Assembly (NCBI RefSeq): GCF_000009705.1
Contig: NC_003272.1
Location: 6,030,001-6,062,000, forward strand
Length of the DNA: 32,000 nt
Reading direction: 5' to 3'
DNA from: Nostoc sp. PCC 7120 = FACHB-418
GTDB lineage: Bacteria; Cyanobacteriota; Cyanobacteriia; Cyanobacteriales; Nostocaceae
Below are positions 20,005 through 29,247 of this stretch, in pieces. The notes below the pieces were generated by a model. It did no database searches. It worked only from the letters and a program-made list of their open reading frames with translations, and was not told the origin of the DNA. Position numbers and translations under genes: made by a program. Numbering within the stretch: position 1 is the stretch's first letter; every line of letters begins with the position of its first letter.

Positions 20005-20763
20005 TTATGTGTTGGGGAAGAGGCGGGCAATCTCCGATTCATCGAAAACGCCAGCCGGTAATTCTTCACCCAAAAAATCGTTATTATCTTCAGTCTTGTG
20101 TAGAGATGTCTCATCACCCCAAACATCGGACAACACATCACTGAAGGCATTCTCGTCTGGTGTGTTTAACTCATTGAGAATTTGCTCTTCCAGTTTTTCT
20201 GCTGATGCGGTAGCGATATCGAAGTTAACGTCACCAAAATCTTCTATTTCCTGAGTGGTTGTGTGCCGGAACTCGTCTTTTAATTGAGTTCCATTAGTCA
20301 CAGAAATATCATCCAGGTTGTTGAGGCTTGAGATCGAACCATCAATAATCAAAGTTTGATTGTCAGAATCTAAGCTGAAGCCATTTGTTTCAGTGGTTGT
20401 AAAGGAATCCGTTTCTGCCTGGTCTTCGATTTCAGCCGTTGGCTCATACTGATGTTTTTCTGCGTCAGTTTCGGAACTTGAATAGTTACCAAGAACAATG
20501 TCTGGGTCAAAATTCAACTCCAGCACCTCAATTAAGGTATCGGCATCAGGATTCAATTTGGAAAAGGGAAACATTAACTGGGCTAGTTTTGGCTCCAGCG
20601 CGTTCACCACTCCCAGAATGAGGTAAGAAGGTGGTCGCTTCCCACCATCTGGTGTATAGACTGAATCCACTTCCATGTGGAGTTTAATCCAGTCACGATT
20701 GGCTTGAAAAAATTGCAACCACTTTTGTTTAATTGAATCCGTAAAGCTATTAAAGAATGCCAT
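20005..20763 (-). CDS. Conserved hypothetical protein embedded in the chlL-chlN operon (DUF5331-like N-domain plus a long acidic low-complexity tail)
   Basis: The ORF sits 29 nt downstream of the chlL stop, on the same strand. The first ~95 aa look like a folded domain (KQKWLQFFQANRDWIKLHME...GGKRPPSYLILGVVNALEPKLAQLMFPF). The remaining ~155 aa are D/E/S/T/N-rich. The family name is from memory and not verified. Confidence 0.72.
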   Translation of the reverse strand: MAFFNSFTDSIKQKWLQFFQANRDWIKLHMEVDSVYTPDGGKRPPSYLILGVVNALEPKLAQLMFPFSKLNPDADTLIEVLELNFDPDIVLGNYSSSETDAEKHQYEPTAEIEDQAETDSFTTTETNGFSLDSDNQTLIIDGSISSLNNLDDISVTNGTQLKDEFRHTTTQEIEDFGDVNFDIATASAEKLEEQILNELNTPDENAFSDVLSDVWGDETSLHKTEDNNDFLGEELPAGVFDESEIARLFPNT

Positions 20764-20792
20764 ATTGACCCCATCCTGAAAATTCAGATGAT

Positions 20793-21659
20793 TTATACAA
20801 TCATCAAGTCTAGTTCCTCTTCAGGATTAGGAACCTGTGGTTTACCCGGATTTAAATAAAAATCTGATAATAAAGAAAATAATTCCCGGTCAGGAGCATC
20901 ATTGGGTACGACACCTTCAGGACGTGCCAAAATCTGATCGGCGATGCTGAGATAGTAGTCGCAAACGTAGTTGAGAGAAGGGTCTGACTCTGCCATTTCA
21001 AATAAAGTCTTACCCTTAACGCGGGAAACCCGAATATCTTCAATTAATGGTAGTACTTCTAAAACTGGCATTGGCACTGCTTCAACATACTTTTCAATCA
21101 AGTCACGTTTGGAAGTACGGTTGCCAATCAGTCCAGCTAGACGCAGTGGGTGAGTCCTGGCTTTCTCTCTGACTGAAGCCGCAATCCGATTAGCTGCGAA
21201 TAAAGCATCGAAACCATTATCGGTAACAATCATGCAGTAATCAGCATAGTTGAGTGGTGCTGCAAAACCACCACAAACAACGTCACCCAACACATCAAAC
21301 AAGATGACATCGTATTCATCAAAGGCGTTGAGTTCTTTGAGTAGTTTTACAGTTTCACCTACGACATATCCACCACATCCTGCGCCAGCAGGTGGCCCAC
21401 CTGCTTCAACACAGTCTACACCACCATAGCCTTTGTAGATTACGTCTTCTGGCCAAACATCTTCGTAGTGATAGTCTTTTTCTTGAAGTGTATCAATAAT
21501 AGTCGGAATCAAAAAACCAGTCAGGGTGAAGGTGCTGTCATGTTTAGGGTCGCATCCGATTTGCAGAACTTTCTTGCCGCGTTTGGCTAGGGCGACGGAT
21601 ATATTACAGCTAGTTGTGGATTTGCCTATCCCACCTTTTCCGTAGACTGCTAGTTTCAC
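20793..21659 (-). CDS. chlL: Light-independent protochlorophyllide reductase iron-sulfur ATP-binding subunit L
   Basis: (V)[19 protein letters not shown]-loop and NifH-like CGGFA cluster ligands. The conserved N-terminus begins at a GTG at 21659, giving 288 aa. The track ATG at 21716 adds 19 non-conserved residues. Confidence 0.95.
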   Translation of the reverse strand: MKLAVYGKGGIGKSTTSCNISVALAKRGKKVLQIGCDPKHDSTFTLTGFLIPTIIDTLQEKDYHYEDVWPEDVIYKGYGGVDCVEAGGPPAGAGCGGYVVGETVKLLKELNAFDEYDVILFDVLGDVVCGGFAAPLNYADYCMIVTDNGFDALFAANRIAASVREKARTHPLRLAGLIGNRTSKRDLIEKYVEAVPMPVLEVLPLIEDIRVSRVKGKTLFEMAESDPSLNYVCDYYLSIADQILARPEGVVPNDAPDRELFSLLSDFYLNPGKPQVPNPEEELDLMIV

Positions 21660-22250
21660 TGTAGTTTGCCTCTTATCGTTTTTTATCAAACTTGTGGCTA
21701 AAACATTGTCCTTCACCTAGCCTCAGTTGGCGATGTGTGAGGTATGTGATTTTGATTATTGACGAAACTACAGAGAAAAGAAAGGGGTGGTAAATATTTA
21801 AAATAGAGCAATTAGATTCTAAAAAACTAAATAATGCTTTTTTATCTTCAAAAGCTATTAAAAACCGATATTTTGTTTTTATATCCTAAAAAATAAGGTT
21901 TTTTAAACTAAAAAAGTAAAAATAGTAACAATAGACAAAAATACTGGATTTGTTTTGATTCAATAGTTTTTGTATATTTTGGCGAATATGAGAGCTATTG
22001 GAAGCTGGATTTGAGCTATCTAGAGGCGATCCCATACCACCTAGCGTAGCTAATAGCCCCTGATGCCGTTATTTCAGGGGGTTTAACTGTGGATGAGTCA
22101 GAATAGCTCAATCTGGCGCTAAGTTGGTTAACACAGGCAGGGATCAATGCCAAATTATTCACCCGATGGTTGTGGCTGAACCACAATCATTTAGAGGATA
22201 TTAGCTAAACAAAATGATTTTGTAAAAAAATATTAATTTTACAAATAAAT

Positions 22251-22547
22251 CTATGCTTGGCTGGCATTCGAGGGCGTTTCCGATTCCAGGGTGGGGAATA
22301 ACTTAGACTCCACAGCCTCAATTTCCTGTAAGGATTGCCAACCTGCTTGCCACTGGAACCCATCTTGTAATAGTTTGGCATTGAGCCAAAAGCGGACATT
22401 AGGGTCACAAGCTGCAACCATCTCGGCATAAACCCATTTACCTTGATTTTTGCGGTTAACCACTTGAAAGTGTCGCCAACCATCTACTTTTTTCGTTGCT
22501 GTCCACTTGGAACCAACTAGATAGGGAAATTTTTGTTTTTTAATCAT
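22251..22547 (-). CDS. Small Trp-rich conserved hypothetical protein (TIGR02450-like)
   Basis: 98 aa carrying LVGSKWTA......GWRHF.V and W..A...........FW...K.L.D...W..GW, the pattern of the cyanobacterial/proteobacterial tryptophan-rich family. The family assignment is from memory. Confidence 0.7.
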   Translation of the reverse strand: MIKKQKFPYLVGSKWTATKKVDGWRHFQVVNRKNQGKWVYAEMVAACDPNVRFWLNAKLLQDGFQWQAGWQSLQEIEAVESKLFPTLESETPSNASQA

Positions 22548-22698
22548 TGGTCAAAAATGAAAATTTTTTTTGATATGGGGCCACTTTTAAGATGTTACTA
22601 AATCACAGTTGCAGCTAAATTTATGCTGTGATGGCGATCGCCTAGCCACATACTTAGTAGTTACAGTTTTACCTTGAGTATTAACTTTTATTTCGATT

Positions 22699-22854
22699 AT
22701 GCTAGGAATCAAGAAATATATATTAAGCATTTTAGGAAACCAGAAAGAAAAATTACAGATGCTGTCGTGGATAAAAAGTGGTCAGCTTCAGGAGCAGCAA
22801 GAAATTGGAAAACGCTTGGCGAAAGATACTTCAGAAGTATTGAAACCCATATAG
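22699..22854 (+). CDS. Possible 51-aa ORF (MLGIKKYILSILGNQKEKLQMLSWIKSGQLQEQQEIGKRLAKDTSEVLKPI)
   Basis: It starts with an ATG and is below the track's length cut-off. It overlaps the TTG-initiated 65-aa track ORF in another frame and reads as more protein-like. I identified no homology. Confidence 0.25.
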   Translation: MLGIKKYILSILGNQKEKLQMLSWIKSGQLQEQQEIGKRLAKDTSEVLKPI

Positions 22855-22882
22855 AAATAAAGCATAATTAAATCAATTCAGT

Positions 22883-23530
22883 ATGAAGTTAAACTACTCT
22901 CACAAAGATGTAAAAAATATATCTGAGATATTCTATTTACTCAATGTTTTTTCAAAAACTTCATTAGAACAATGGGATGTTGTACCCAATAATTTCATTC
23001 CTGTTTGGGTTGAAACTTATTCTATTCAATGTAATATTCACAATCCAATTTTATTTTTAATTTGTATGCTATTAAGAAGTTTAGAGGAAACGTTTCTTAA
23101 AAATTATGGTTTCAATCAGACTACAGTCAATATTTTAGAGAATGAAATATATCCACTTGTTAATTACTGGTTTATTGGAGACTATTTTTATAGAAAAGCA
23201 TATGATTATGAGAATGATTTTATCTTTGAAAGATAAGAAGCAATTACTGGTCCTGGCAAAATATGGTTAGTTTTGGCTAGACTTTGCCAAATAGCTTTGA
23301 GTTTTGAAGATTGGAGTAGATATGAAATCCAAGAATTATCATTTGAGTATTTTGTAGAAAATCATAGCTATCCTTACGATCCGGTTTGATTTGGCAACAC
23401 ATGCACAAAAAACGACCCCATTGGTAATATTACATACCCTACCTACGGCGAAAACAGCCGCCTACTAACAGATACAGACGTACCTGGACGCACCACAAAC
23501 AATGATATTGATCTCATACCAAGTATTTGA
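22883..23530 (+). pseudogene. Possible decaying gene: a 117-codon ORF continued in the same frame by 50- and 46-codon open segments. Only TAA (23234-23236) and TGA (23387-23389) interrupt the frame.
   Basis: I translated codon by codon from 23237 and 23390, and both stretches stay open in the frame of the 22883 ORF. The distal part carries YD-repeat-like motifs (YPYDPV, DPIGNITY.TY.....RLLTDTD.PGRTT). Confidence 0.4.
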
Positions 23531-23789
23531 GTTTAAAAAAAACTCGGTGTTATCCTCAATATCCTAGAAAAACATCTAGCACCTCTAAAGTGTATTGTTT
23601 ATCTATGTCAGCATGAAACCAGGGTGGGATTAAAAACTTTAACGGGAAAAGTGATTACTGCTTGTGGAGTCTATTAACCCAGTTACTTATCGCTAGAGGT
23701 GTCAGAAAAGAGGATATTGTGATCCATTTGGAAGCTGCAATCCTATCTTGAGAAGCTTGTCAGAGATATTTACATTTTAAGGAGACGAA

Positions 23790-24416
23790 CTACGAATTAA
23801 CCAAACCAGCTTGAAAAATTTGGTTGGGGGTGAGATTTAATTCAGGAAAAGTTTGGGAGATAATAACATCATTATCTCGAAACTTACTGATTTGATATTC
23901 CCCGTCAACTAAATTACAGACTGAGATTGTTGGTTGTTTAGGATTACCGATCAAATTACGTCCACCCAACGCCCCATAATCGACAATCCAATATTCGGGG
24001 ATACCCATCTCTTCATAGTCAGCATATTTCAAATAGTAATCGTCCCGCCAGTTGGTTGATACAACCTCAATTACCAAGGGGATTGATACGCCCAAACTAA
24101 TGGTAGATGCTTTTTTCCATAATGGTTCATTTATTAGATTTGTCTGATTTAGCACCAACACATCGGGAAAATAGCCAGAATCTTTTTCCAGAGGTCTAAC
24201 TATAACTTGGTTGGGGATAATAAAAGGAAGGTCTAATCGAGCAAACTCCACTGTTATTTTTTTTGCTATAAAACCCTTTACTTCTTCATGGTCTCCTACA
24301 GGTCGTGCCATTTCAACAATACTTCCATTATGTAGTTCGTAACGTATCCCGGAGTTTTCAGGTAGGCGATCGACAAATTCCTCAAAAGTTACTAGCTTGG
24401 GTATGGCTTGAGTCAT
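23790..24416 (-). CDS. Uma2-family (DUF820) putative endonuclease, second copy in the window
   Basis: FEEF......G.RYELHNG.IVEM..P...H, PDV.V, IEVVS....DD...K...YEE.GIPEYWIVD. The architecture matches the 2826..3398 copy. Confidence 0.8.
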   Translation of the reverse strand: MTQAIPKLVTFEEFVDRLPENSGIRYELHNGSIVEMARPVGDHEEVKGFIAKKITVEFARLDLPFIIPNQVIVRPLEKDSGYFPDVLVLNQTNLINEPLWKKASTISLGVSIPLVIEVVSTNWRDDYYLKYADYEEMGIPEYWIVDYGALGGRNLIGNPKQPTISVCNLVDGEYQISKFRDNDVIISQTFPELNLTPNQIFQAGLVNS

Positions 24417-24723
24417 AGCTGATAAAGAGTTACTGCTTTGGAAATATTATCTCTAATCTAGATCTACTTCGAGCAACTCTACTGATGAGCAACGACTTGA
24501 TCAAGATGAGAATATTGATTTATCAGACTGTCTAGAAGTTACGCCAGAGATGTTTTTCGTGTTATGCGCCTATCTACTTATTTAGAGGAATTTTTAGTCA
24601 ATTAACTCCATTTAGTTGCTTACTGCTGCAAGAGGGATGAGTAAATAGGGAAGTAATACTACTCTAGTAAGACGTGAAGACCGATCCCGGTGATGGTGCA
24701 ACTCTCCGTAAAATGACGATATG

Positions 24724-24738
24724 AGAACAAATTGTTCT
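24724..24738. promoter_or_regulatory. Perfect 15-bp palindrome AGAACAA-A-TTGTTCT, 45 nt upstream of the clpB start
   Basis: Read directly at 24724-24738. It could be an operator or a 5'-UTR hairpin. It matches no regulator consensus that I can name. Confidence 0.3.
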
Positions 24739-24782
24739 ATCTGCATTTGAGCATTTAAATTTGGTCGTCCCTCAATCAGCCT

Positions 24783-27401
24783 ATGCAACCAACTAATCCC
24801 AACCAATTTACAGAAAAAGCCTGGGAAGCGATCGCCCACACTCCTGAGATTGCTAAACAGCATCAACAGCAGCAGATAGAAAGCGAACACCTGATGAAGG
24901 CGCTACTGGAACAAGATGGTTTGGCCAGTGGGATTTTGACCAAAGCAGGTGTGAACTTACAAAAGATTAGCGATCGCACTGAACAATACATCCAACGCCA
25001 ACCTAAAGTCTCAGGTAACAGCACTTCAGTATACCTGGGGCGGAGTCTGGATACGCTGTTAGACCGGGCAGAAGCACATCGAAAAGATTTTCAAGACGAA
25101 TATATTTCTATTGAACATTTATTACTGGCTTATCCTAAAGACGATCGCTTCGGCAAAGGTTTATTCCAAGAATTCGCTTTAGACGAAAGCAAGCTCAAAA
25201 ATATCATTAAACAAGTTCGTGGGAGCCAAACAGTGACTGACCAAAATCCAGAAGGCAAATACCAATCACTGGAAAAATACGGGCGTGACCTCACAGAAGC
25301 TGCCCGGAAAGGTCAACTTGATCCAGTCATTGGGCGGGATGATGAAATTCGGCGTACCATCCAAATTCTTTCTCGCCGCACCAAAAATAACCCCGTACTC
25401 ATTGGTGAACCGGGTGTGGGTAAAACGGCGATCGCTGAAGGTCTAGCACAGCGTATTGTGGCTGGCGATGTACCCCAGTCCCTCAAAGACCGCAAACTAA
25501 TCTCCTTAGATATGGGGGCGATGATTGCTGGGGCAAAATTCCGAGGAGAATTTGAAGAACGTCTGAAAGCAGTATTAAAGGAAGTCACCGAATCTGGCGG
25601 CAATATAGTTTTATTTATTGATGAAATACATACCGTTGTCGGTGCGGGTGCAACTCAAGGGGCAATGGATGCCGGTAATTTGTTAAAACCCATGCTGGCG
25701 CGGGGTGAACTGCGCTGTATTGGGGCGACAACTTTAGATGAGTACCGGAAATACATTGAAAAAGATGCGGCACTAGAAAGACGCTTCCAACAAGTTTACG
25801 TAGACCAGCCTAGTGTTGAAGATACTATTTCTATTTTACGTGGCTTGAAGGAACGGTATGAAGTCCACCACGGGGTAAAAATTTCTGATAGTTCCTTAGT
25901 TGCTGCTGCTACATTGTCCAGTCGTTATATTAGCGATCGCTTCCTCCCAGATAAAGCCATTGATTTGGTAGACGAAGCTGCCGCTAGACTGAAAATGGAG
26001 ATTACTTCTAAGCCAGAAGAACTCGATGAAATAGACCGGAAGATTCTGCAATTGGAGATGGAAAAGCTATCTCTGCAAAAAGAAAGTGATGCAGCCTCCC
26101 GCGAACGCCTGGAAAGATTAGAAAAAGAACTGGCGGATCTCAAGGAAGAGCAAAGAACCCTCAATACCCAATGGCAATCGGAAAAGGATGTCATTAATAA
26201 ACTTCAGTCCGTTAAGGAAGAGATTGACAAAGTTAATTTAGAAATTCAGCAAGCAGAAAGAAATTACGACCTCAACCGCGCCGCAGAATTAAAATATGGC
26301 AACTTAACAGACTTGCACCGGAGACTGGAAGCGACAGAACGGGAATTGTCCCAAACCCAAGGTACGGGTAAATCCCTGTTGCGAGAGGAAGTAACCGAAG
26401 CCGACATTGCGGAAATCATTTCTAAGTGGACAGGAATCCCCATCAGTAAATTGGTGGAATCGGAAAAAGAAAAACTACTGCACTTAGAAGATGAACTCCA
26501 TCACCGGGTAATTGGACAAGATGAAGCCGTCACAGCTGTCGCCGATGCCATTCAGCGATCGCGTGCTGGGTTGGCCGATCCTAATCGGCCCACAGCTAGT
26601 TTTGTTTTCTTAGGCCCCACTGGTGTAGGTAAAACTGAACTGGCGAAGGCGTTAGCGTCATATATGTTCGACACCGAAGACGCACTAGTCCGGATTGATA
26701 TGTCGGAATACATGGAGAAACACGCCGTATCTCGCTTAATTGGTGCGCCTCCTGGTTATGTAGGTTATGAAGAAGGCGGACAACTCACAGAAACAATTCG
26801 TCGCCGTCCTTACGCCGTAATTCTCTTCGACGAAATCGAGAAAGCCCACCCCGATGTATTTAATATTTTCTTGCAAATCCTCGATGATGGTCGCGTCACC
26901 GATGCCCAAGGTCATACAGTGGACTTCAAGAACACGATTATTATCATGACCAGTAACATCGGTTCGCAGTACATTCTCGATATAGCGGGGGATAACTCAC
27001 GCTATGATGAAATGCGCCATCGGGTGATGGAGGCGATGCGAAATAGCTTCCGTCCTGAGTTCCTCAACCGGATTGATGAAGTAATTATCTTCCACAGTTT
27101 AGATAAGAAAGAATTACGACAAATTGTCCAGTTGCAAGTGGAAAGGTTAAAGGCCAGATTAGACGATCGCAAAATATCCCTCAGGCTCTCCGATGTTGCA
27201 CTAGACTTTTTGGCAGAAGTTGGATACGACCCAGTATTCGGGGCGCGTCCACTGAAGCGAGCGATTCAGCGCGAGTTAGAAACGCAAATTGCTAAGGCGA
27301 TTTTGCGCGGCGAATTTAACGATGGAGACACGATTTTTGTCGATGTGCAGAATGAAAGGTTGTCTTTCAGCCGCTTACCTGTTGAGGTGTTTAGTAGTTA
27401 G
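24783..27401 (+). CDS. clpB: ATP-dependent chaperone/disaggregase ClpB
   Basis: Clp N-domain, two AAA+ modules (Walker A GEPGVGKT and GPTGVGKT) and a long coiled-coil M-domain between them ([25 protein letters not shown]...). Total length is 872 aa. Confidence 0.96.
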   Translation: MQPTNPNQFTEKAWEAIAHTPEIAKQHQQQQIESEHLMKALLEQDGLASGILTKAGVNLQKISDRTEQYIQRQPKVSGNSTSVYLGRSLDTLLDRAEAHRKDFQDEYISIEHLLLAYPKDDRFGKGLFQEFALDESKLKNIIKQVRGSQTVTDQNPEGKYQSLEKYGRDLTEAARKGQLDPVIGRDDEIRRTIQILSRRTKNNPVLIGEPGVGKTAIAEGLAQRIVAGDVPQSLKDRKLISLDMGAMIAGAKFRGEFEERLKAVLKEVTESGGNIVLFIDEIHTVVGAGATQGAMDAGNLLKPMLARGELRCIGATTLDEYRKYIEKDAALERRFQQVYVDQPSVEDTISILRGLKERYEVHHGVKISDSSLVAAATLSSRYISDRFLPDKAIDLVDEAAARLKMEITSKPEELDEIDRKILQLEMEKLSLQKESDAASRERLERLEKELADLKEEQRTLNTQWQSEKDVINKLQSVKEEIDKVNLEIQQAERNYDLNRAAELKYGNLTDLHRRLEATERELSQTQGTGKSLLREEVTEADIAEIISKWTGIPISKLVESEKEKLLHLEDELHHRVIGQDEAVTAVADAIQRSRAGLADPNRPTASFVFLGPTGVGKTELAKALASYMFDTEDALVRIDMSEYMEKHAVSRLIGAPPGYVGYEEGGQLTETIRRRPYAVILFDEIEKAHPDVFNIFLQILDDGRVTDAQGHTVDFKNTIIIMTSNIGSQYILDIAGDNSRYDEMRHRVMEAMRNSFRPEFLNRIDEVIIFHSLDKKELRQIVQLQVERLKARLDDRKISLRLSDVALDFLAEVGYDPVFGARPLKRAIQRELETQIAKAILRGEFNDGDTIFVDVQNERLSFSRLPVEVFSS

Positions 27402-27421
27402 TTGAATAAAGATTAGATCAA

Positions 27422-27454
27422 GCAAAGGCTTAAAGGTGCGCCTTTGCTTTTTTT
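27422..27454 (+). terminator. Rho-independent terminator of clpB
   Basis: GCAAAGGC (27422-27429) and GCCTTTGC (27440-27447) form a stem followed by TTTTTTT. It lies 20 nt after the stop. Confidence 0.8.
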
Positions 27455-27509
27455 GTAATTTATCATCAATTTTGAGCTTCGTTAAAACTAGTTTTTACTA
27501 GTTACTGGT

Positions 27510-27547
27510 GAGAAGGCGATCACCTAACTGATGCGATCGCCTTTCTC
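27510..27547 (-). terminator. HIP1-containing ~12-bp imperfect hairpin just 3' of the 86-aa minus-strand gene
   Basis: GAGAAGGCGATC (27510-27521) faces GATCGCCTTTCTC (27535-27547) with a one-base bulge. There is no clear U-tract. Confidence 0.3.
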
Positions 27548-27553
27548 ATCATC

Positions 27554-27814
27554 TCAAGCATGAAGATTGGCTTGTTCTTGTAACCAAGGATCTACAGGTT
27601 GCCCATCTTTACGACGCAATTCAATTTCTACAGCTATTACCTCTTTGGAACCAGGAGGAGCAGGTTTTTGATGAAAAATAATGTCATAGTCTAAGGGATT
27701 ATGATTTCTTTCTTTCAACCATTCATGTACTTTCGTGGTAGCAAAGAACGATTGACCTTGCTCAAACATCCGAGTAATCTGCATTTGCAGCGTATAAGGA
27801 TTTATCCGACCCAT
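27554..27814 (-). CDS. Hypothetical protein, 86 aa
   Basis: Clean ATG-initiated ORF with a balanced, protein-like composition. The overlapping plus-strand ORF (27701..27928) looks spurious. I recognise no family. Confidence 0.55.
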   Translation of the reverse strand: MGRINPYTLQMQITRMFEQGQSFFATTKVHEWLKERNHNPLDYDIIFHQKPAPPGSKEVIAVEIELRRKDGQPVDPWLQEQANLHA

Positions 27815-28385
27815 AATTTAGTACCTTTTTTCCAAAGTTTCCTATGCAGGATAATCACCTGCTTAACATACTCTGATGTTAATGGTGATATCAGTATACT
27901 GACTATTAATCCATCAAAATGGCAATAACAGTTTTAAGCTGTAATTTATAAATAATAGTCAATCAACATGATTGCAAGAGTCAGGGGAAGACATACTGTT
28001 GTTTTTATCACGATTTTATAATTTTTATCCGTAAAAACTCTAGTCAACATTGTCTAAGGCTAAATAAAATCACTACAAGAGTTTAATGAGATAGATTCTT
28101 TTGAAGAAACGATATCTAGATTTTTCTCAGTACTATCACTTATTGAATGAATAGAATAATAAGATACAAAAAAGTACTGGTCATTTAGTTATCGACTATG
28201 ACATGATGAAACCACTCGCAACTAACCAATAAATCTAAAAAGGTTAGGTAGTGAGATATTTATAGCTGTCAAAAATTTTGTCTAACTCCAGTTTTGATCT
28301 ATTCCTCAGTCTGAGCGATTGCTGATGACTGTTTTGTGATGCACCCATAACTTAAAACAAACTGAGATAACCATCAACAAATATC

Positions 28386-29231
28386 ATGATGTACAAGTCT
28401 TTTCTATCTAAATTCGGGTTTGTTCTAGCTATAGCCGGAGCAGTTTTAATACCTACAACAGCCAAGGCAAATGTTACTGGGAACACACAGACCTTAATAG
28501 ATTGGGATCAGTTAGCAACAGGATGGACTGCACCAACATCAGGTCAAGTTCGCACCTATAGCGCAGGTCAAGGTAGCGTTGACCTAAGTTTTGTTCTGGG
28601 TAATAAAACGAGCTTTGCTAGTTTTGGCGGTTCTGGAGCCACTCCTGCCATTAGTAGTACTCTTAATGGTAGCGAAGGAGCAGACAATAAAAGTTTGCAT
28701 ATACAAATGGATGCACAAGCAATCGGTTTAGGTCAAGGAGCGAACTCGGTAACGATGAACACTAGTTTCCGAGGTTTTAGCAGTCCCTTGAACGATGTTT
28801 CCTTCACGCTATATGACGTTGACATTAGTACCAATAATACCTGGCAAGACAGAATAATTTTGAAAGGTTTTTCAGGTAATCAGGTAGTTAACCCTATTTT
28901 TACCCCACAATTAGCTCAAAACAATACCATTCAAATAGTTGATGCTTACACTATTGATGGTATTAGATTTGATTCTAATGCGAATAACGGAAATAACGGT
29001 AATGTGCTGGTGAAGTTTGCTAGCGCGATCGACCGCTTCGAGTTAGTCTTTACAGATGGTGATGATATAAGCATTAGTAATCCCCAGGCTCACGGTATTG
29101 GTATTGGTGATATTACATATACTATTGGTGTGACTCAAAGCGTTCCCGAACCTGCTTCGATATTAGGTCTTTTGGTATTTGGTACATTTGGTTTAAGTTC
29201 TGTTGTCAAGCGTAAACAAGACAACTGTTAA
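28386..29231 (+). CDS. PEP-CTERM sorting-domain secreted protein
   Basis: N-terminal signal peptide (FVLAIAGAVLIPTTAKA). The C-terminal VPEPASILGLLVFGTFGLSSVVKRKQ comprises a PEP motif, a hydrophobic helix and a basic cluster. Confidence 0.85.
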   Translation: MMYKSFLSKFGFVLAIAGAVLIPTTAKANVTGNTQTLIDWDQLATGWTAPTSGQVRTYSAGQGSVDLSFVLGNKTSFASFGGSGATPAISSTLNGSEGADNKSLHIQMDAQAIGLGQGANSVTMNTSFRGFSSPLNDVSFTLYDVDISTNNTWQDRIILKGFSGNQVVNPIFTPQLAQNNTIQIVDAYTIDGIRFDSNANNGNNGNVLVKFASAIDRFELVFTDGDDISISNPQAHGIGIGDITYTIGVTQSVPEPASILGLLVFGTFGLSSVVKRKQDNC

Positions 29232-29247
29232 TTATTAATTTATTTAT

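Noticed and set aside
22205-22483. 92-aa ORF overlapping the Trp-rich gene in another minus-strand frame
   Set aside because: The 22251..22547 frame carries the conserved Trp-rich pattern. The alternative frame does not look protein-like.
22674-22871. 65-aa ORF from the track in the AT-rich islet
   Set aside because: It initiates only at a TTG and has no internal ATG. It overlaps a more protein-like ATG-initiated 51-aa frame (22699..22854). Neither can be validated from sequence alone.
24724-24738. Interpreting the clpB palindrome as a LexA/SOS box or as CIRCE
   Set aside because: GAAC-N5-GTTC does not fit the Cheo box (GAAC-N4-GTTC). It does not fit the Anabaena LexA box as I remember it (RGTAC-N3-DGTWC). 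It bears no resemblance to CIRCE. It is kept only as an unassigned palindrome.
24612-24890. 92-aa minus-strand ORF overlapping the clpB start
   Set aside because: It overlaps the clpB 5' end and promoter region antisense and shows no motifs. It is likely spurious.
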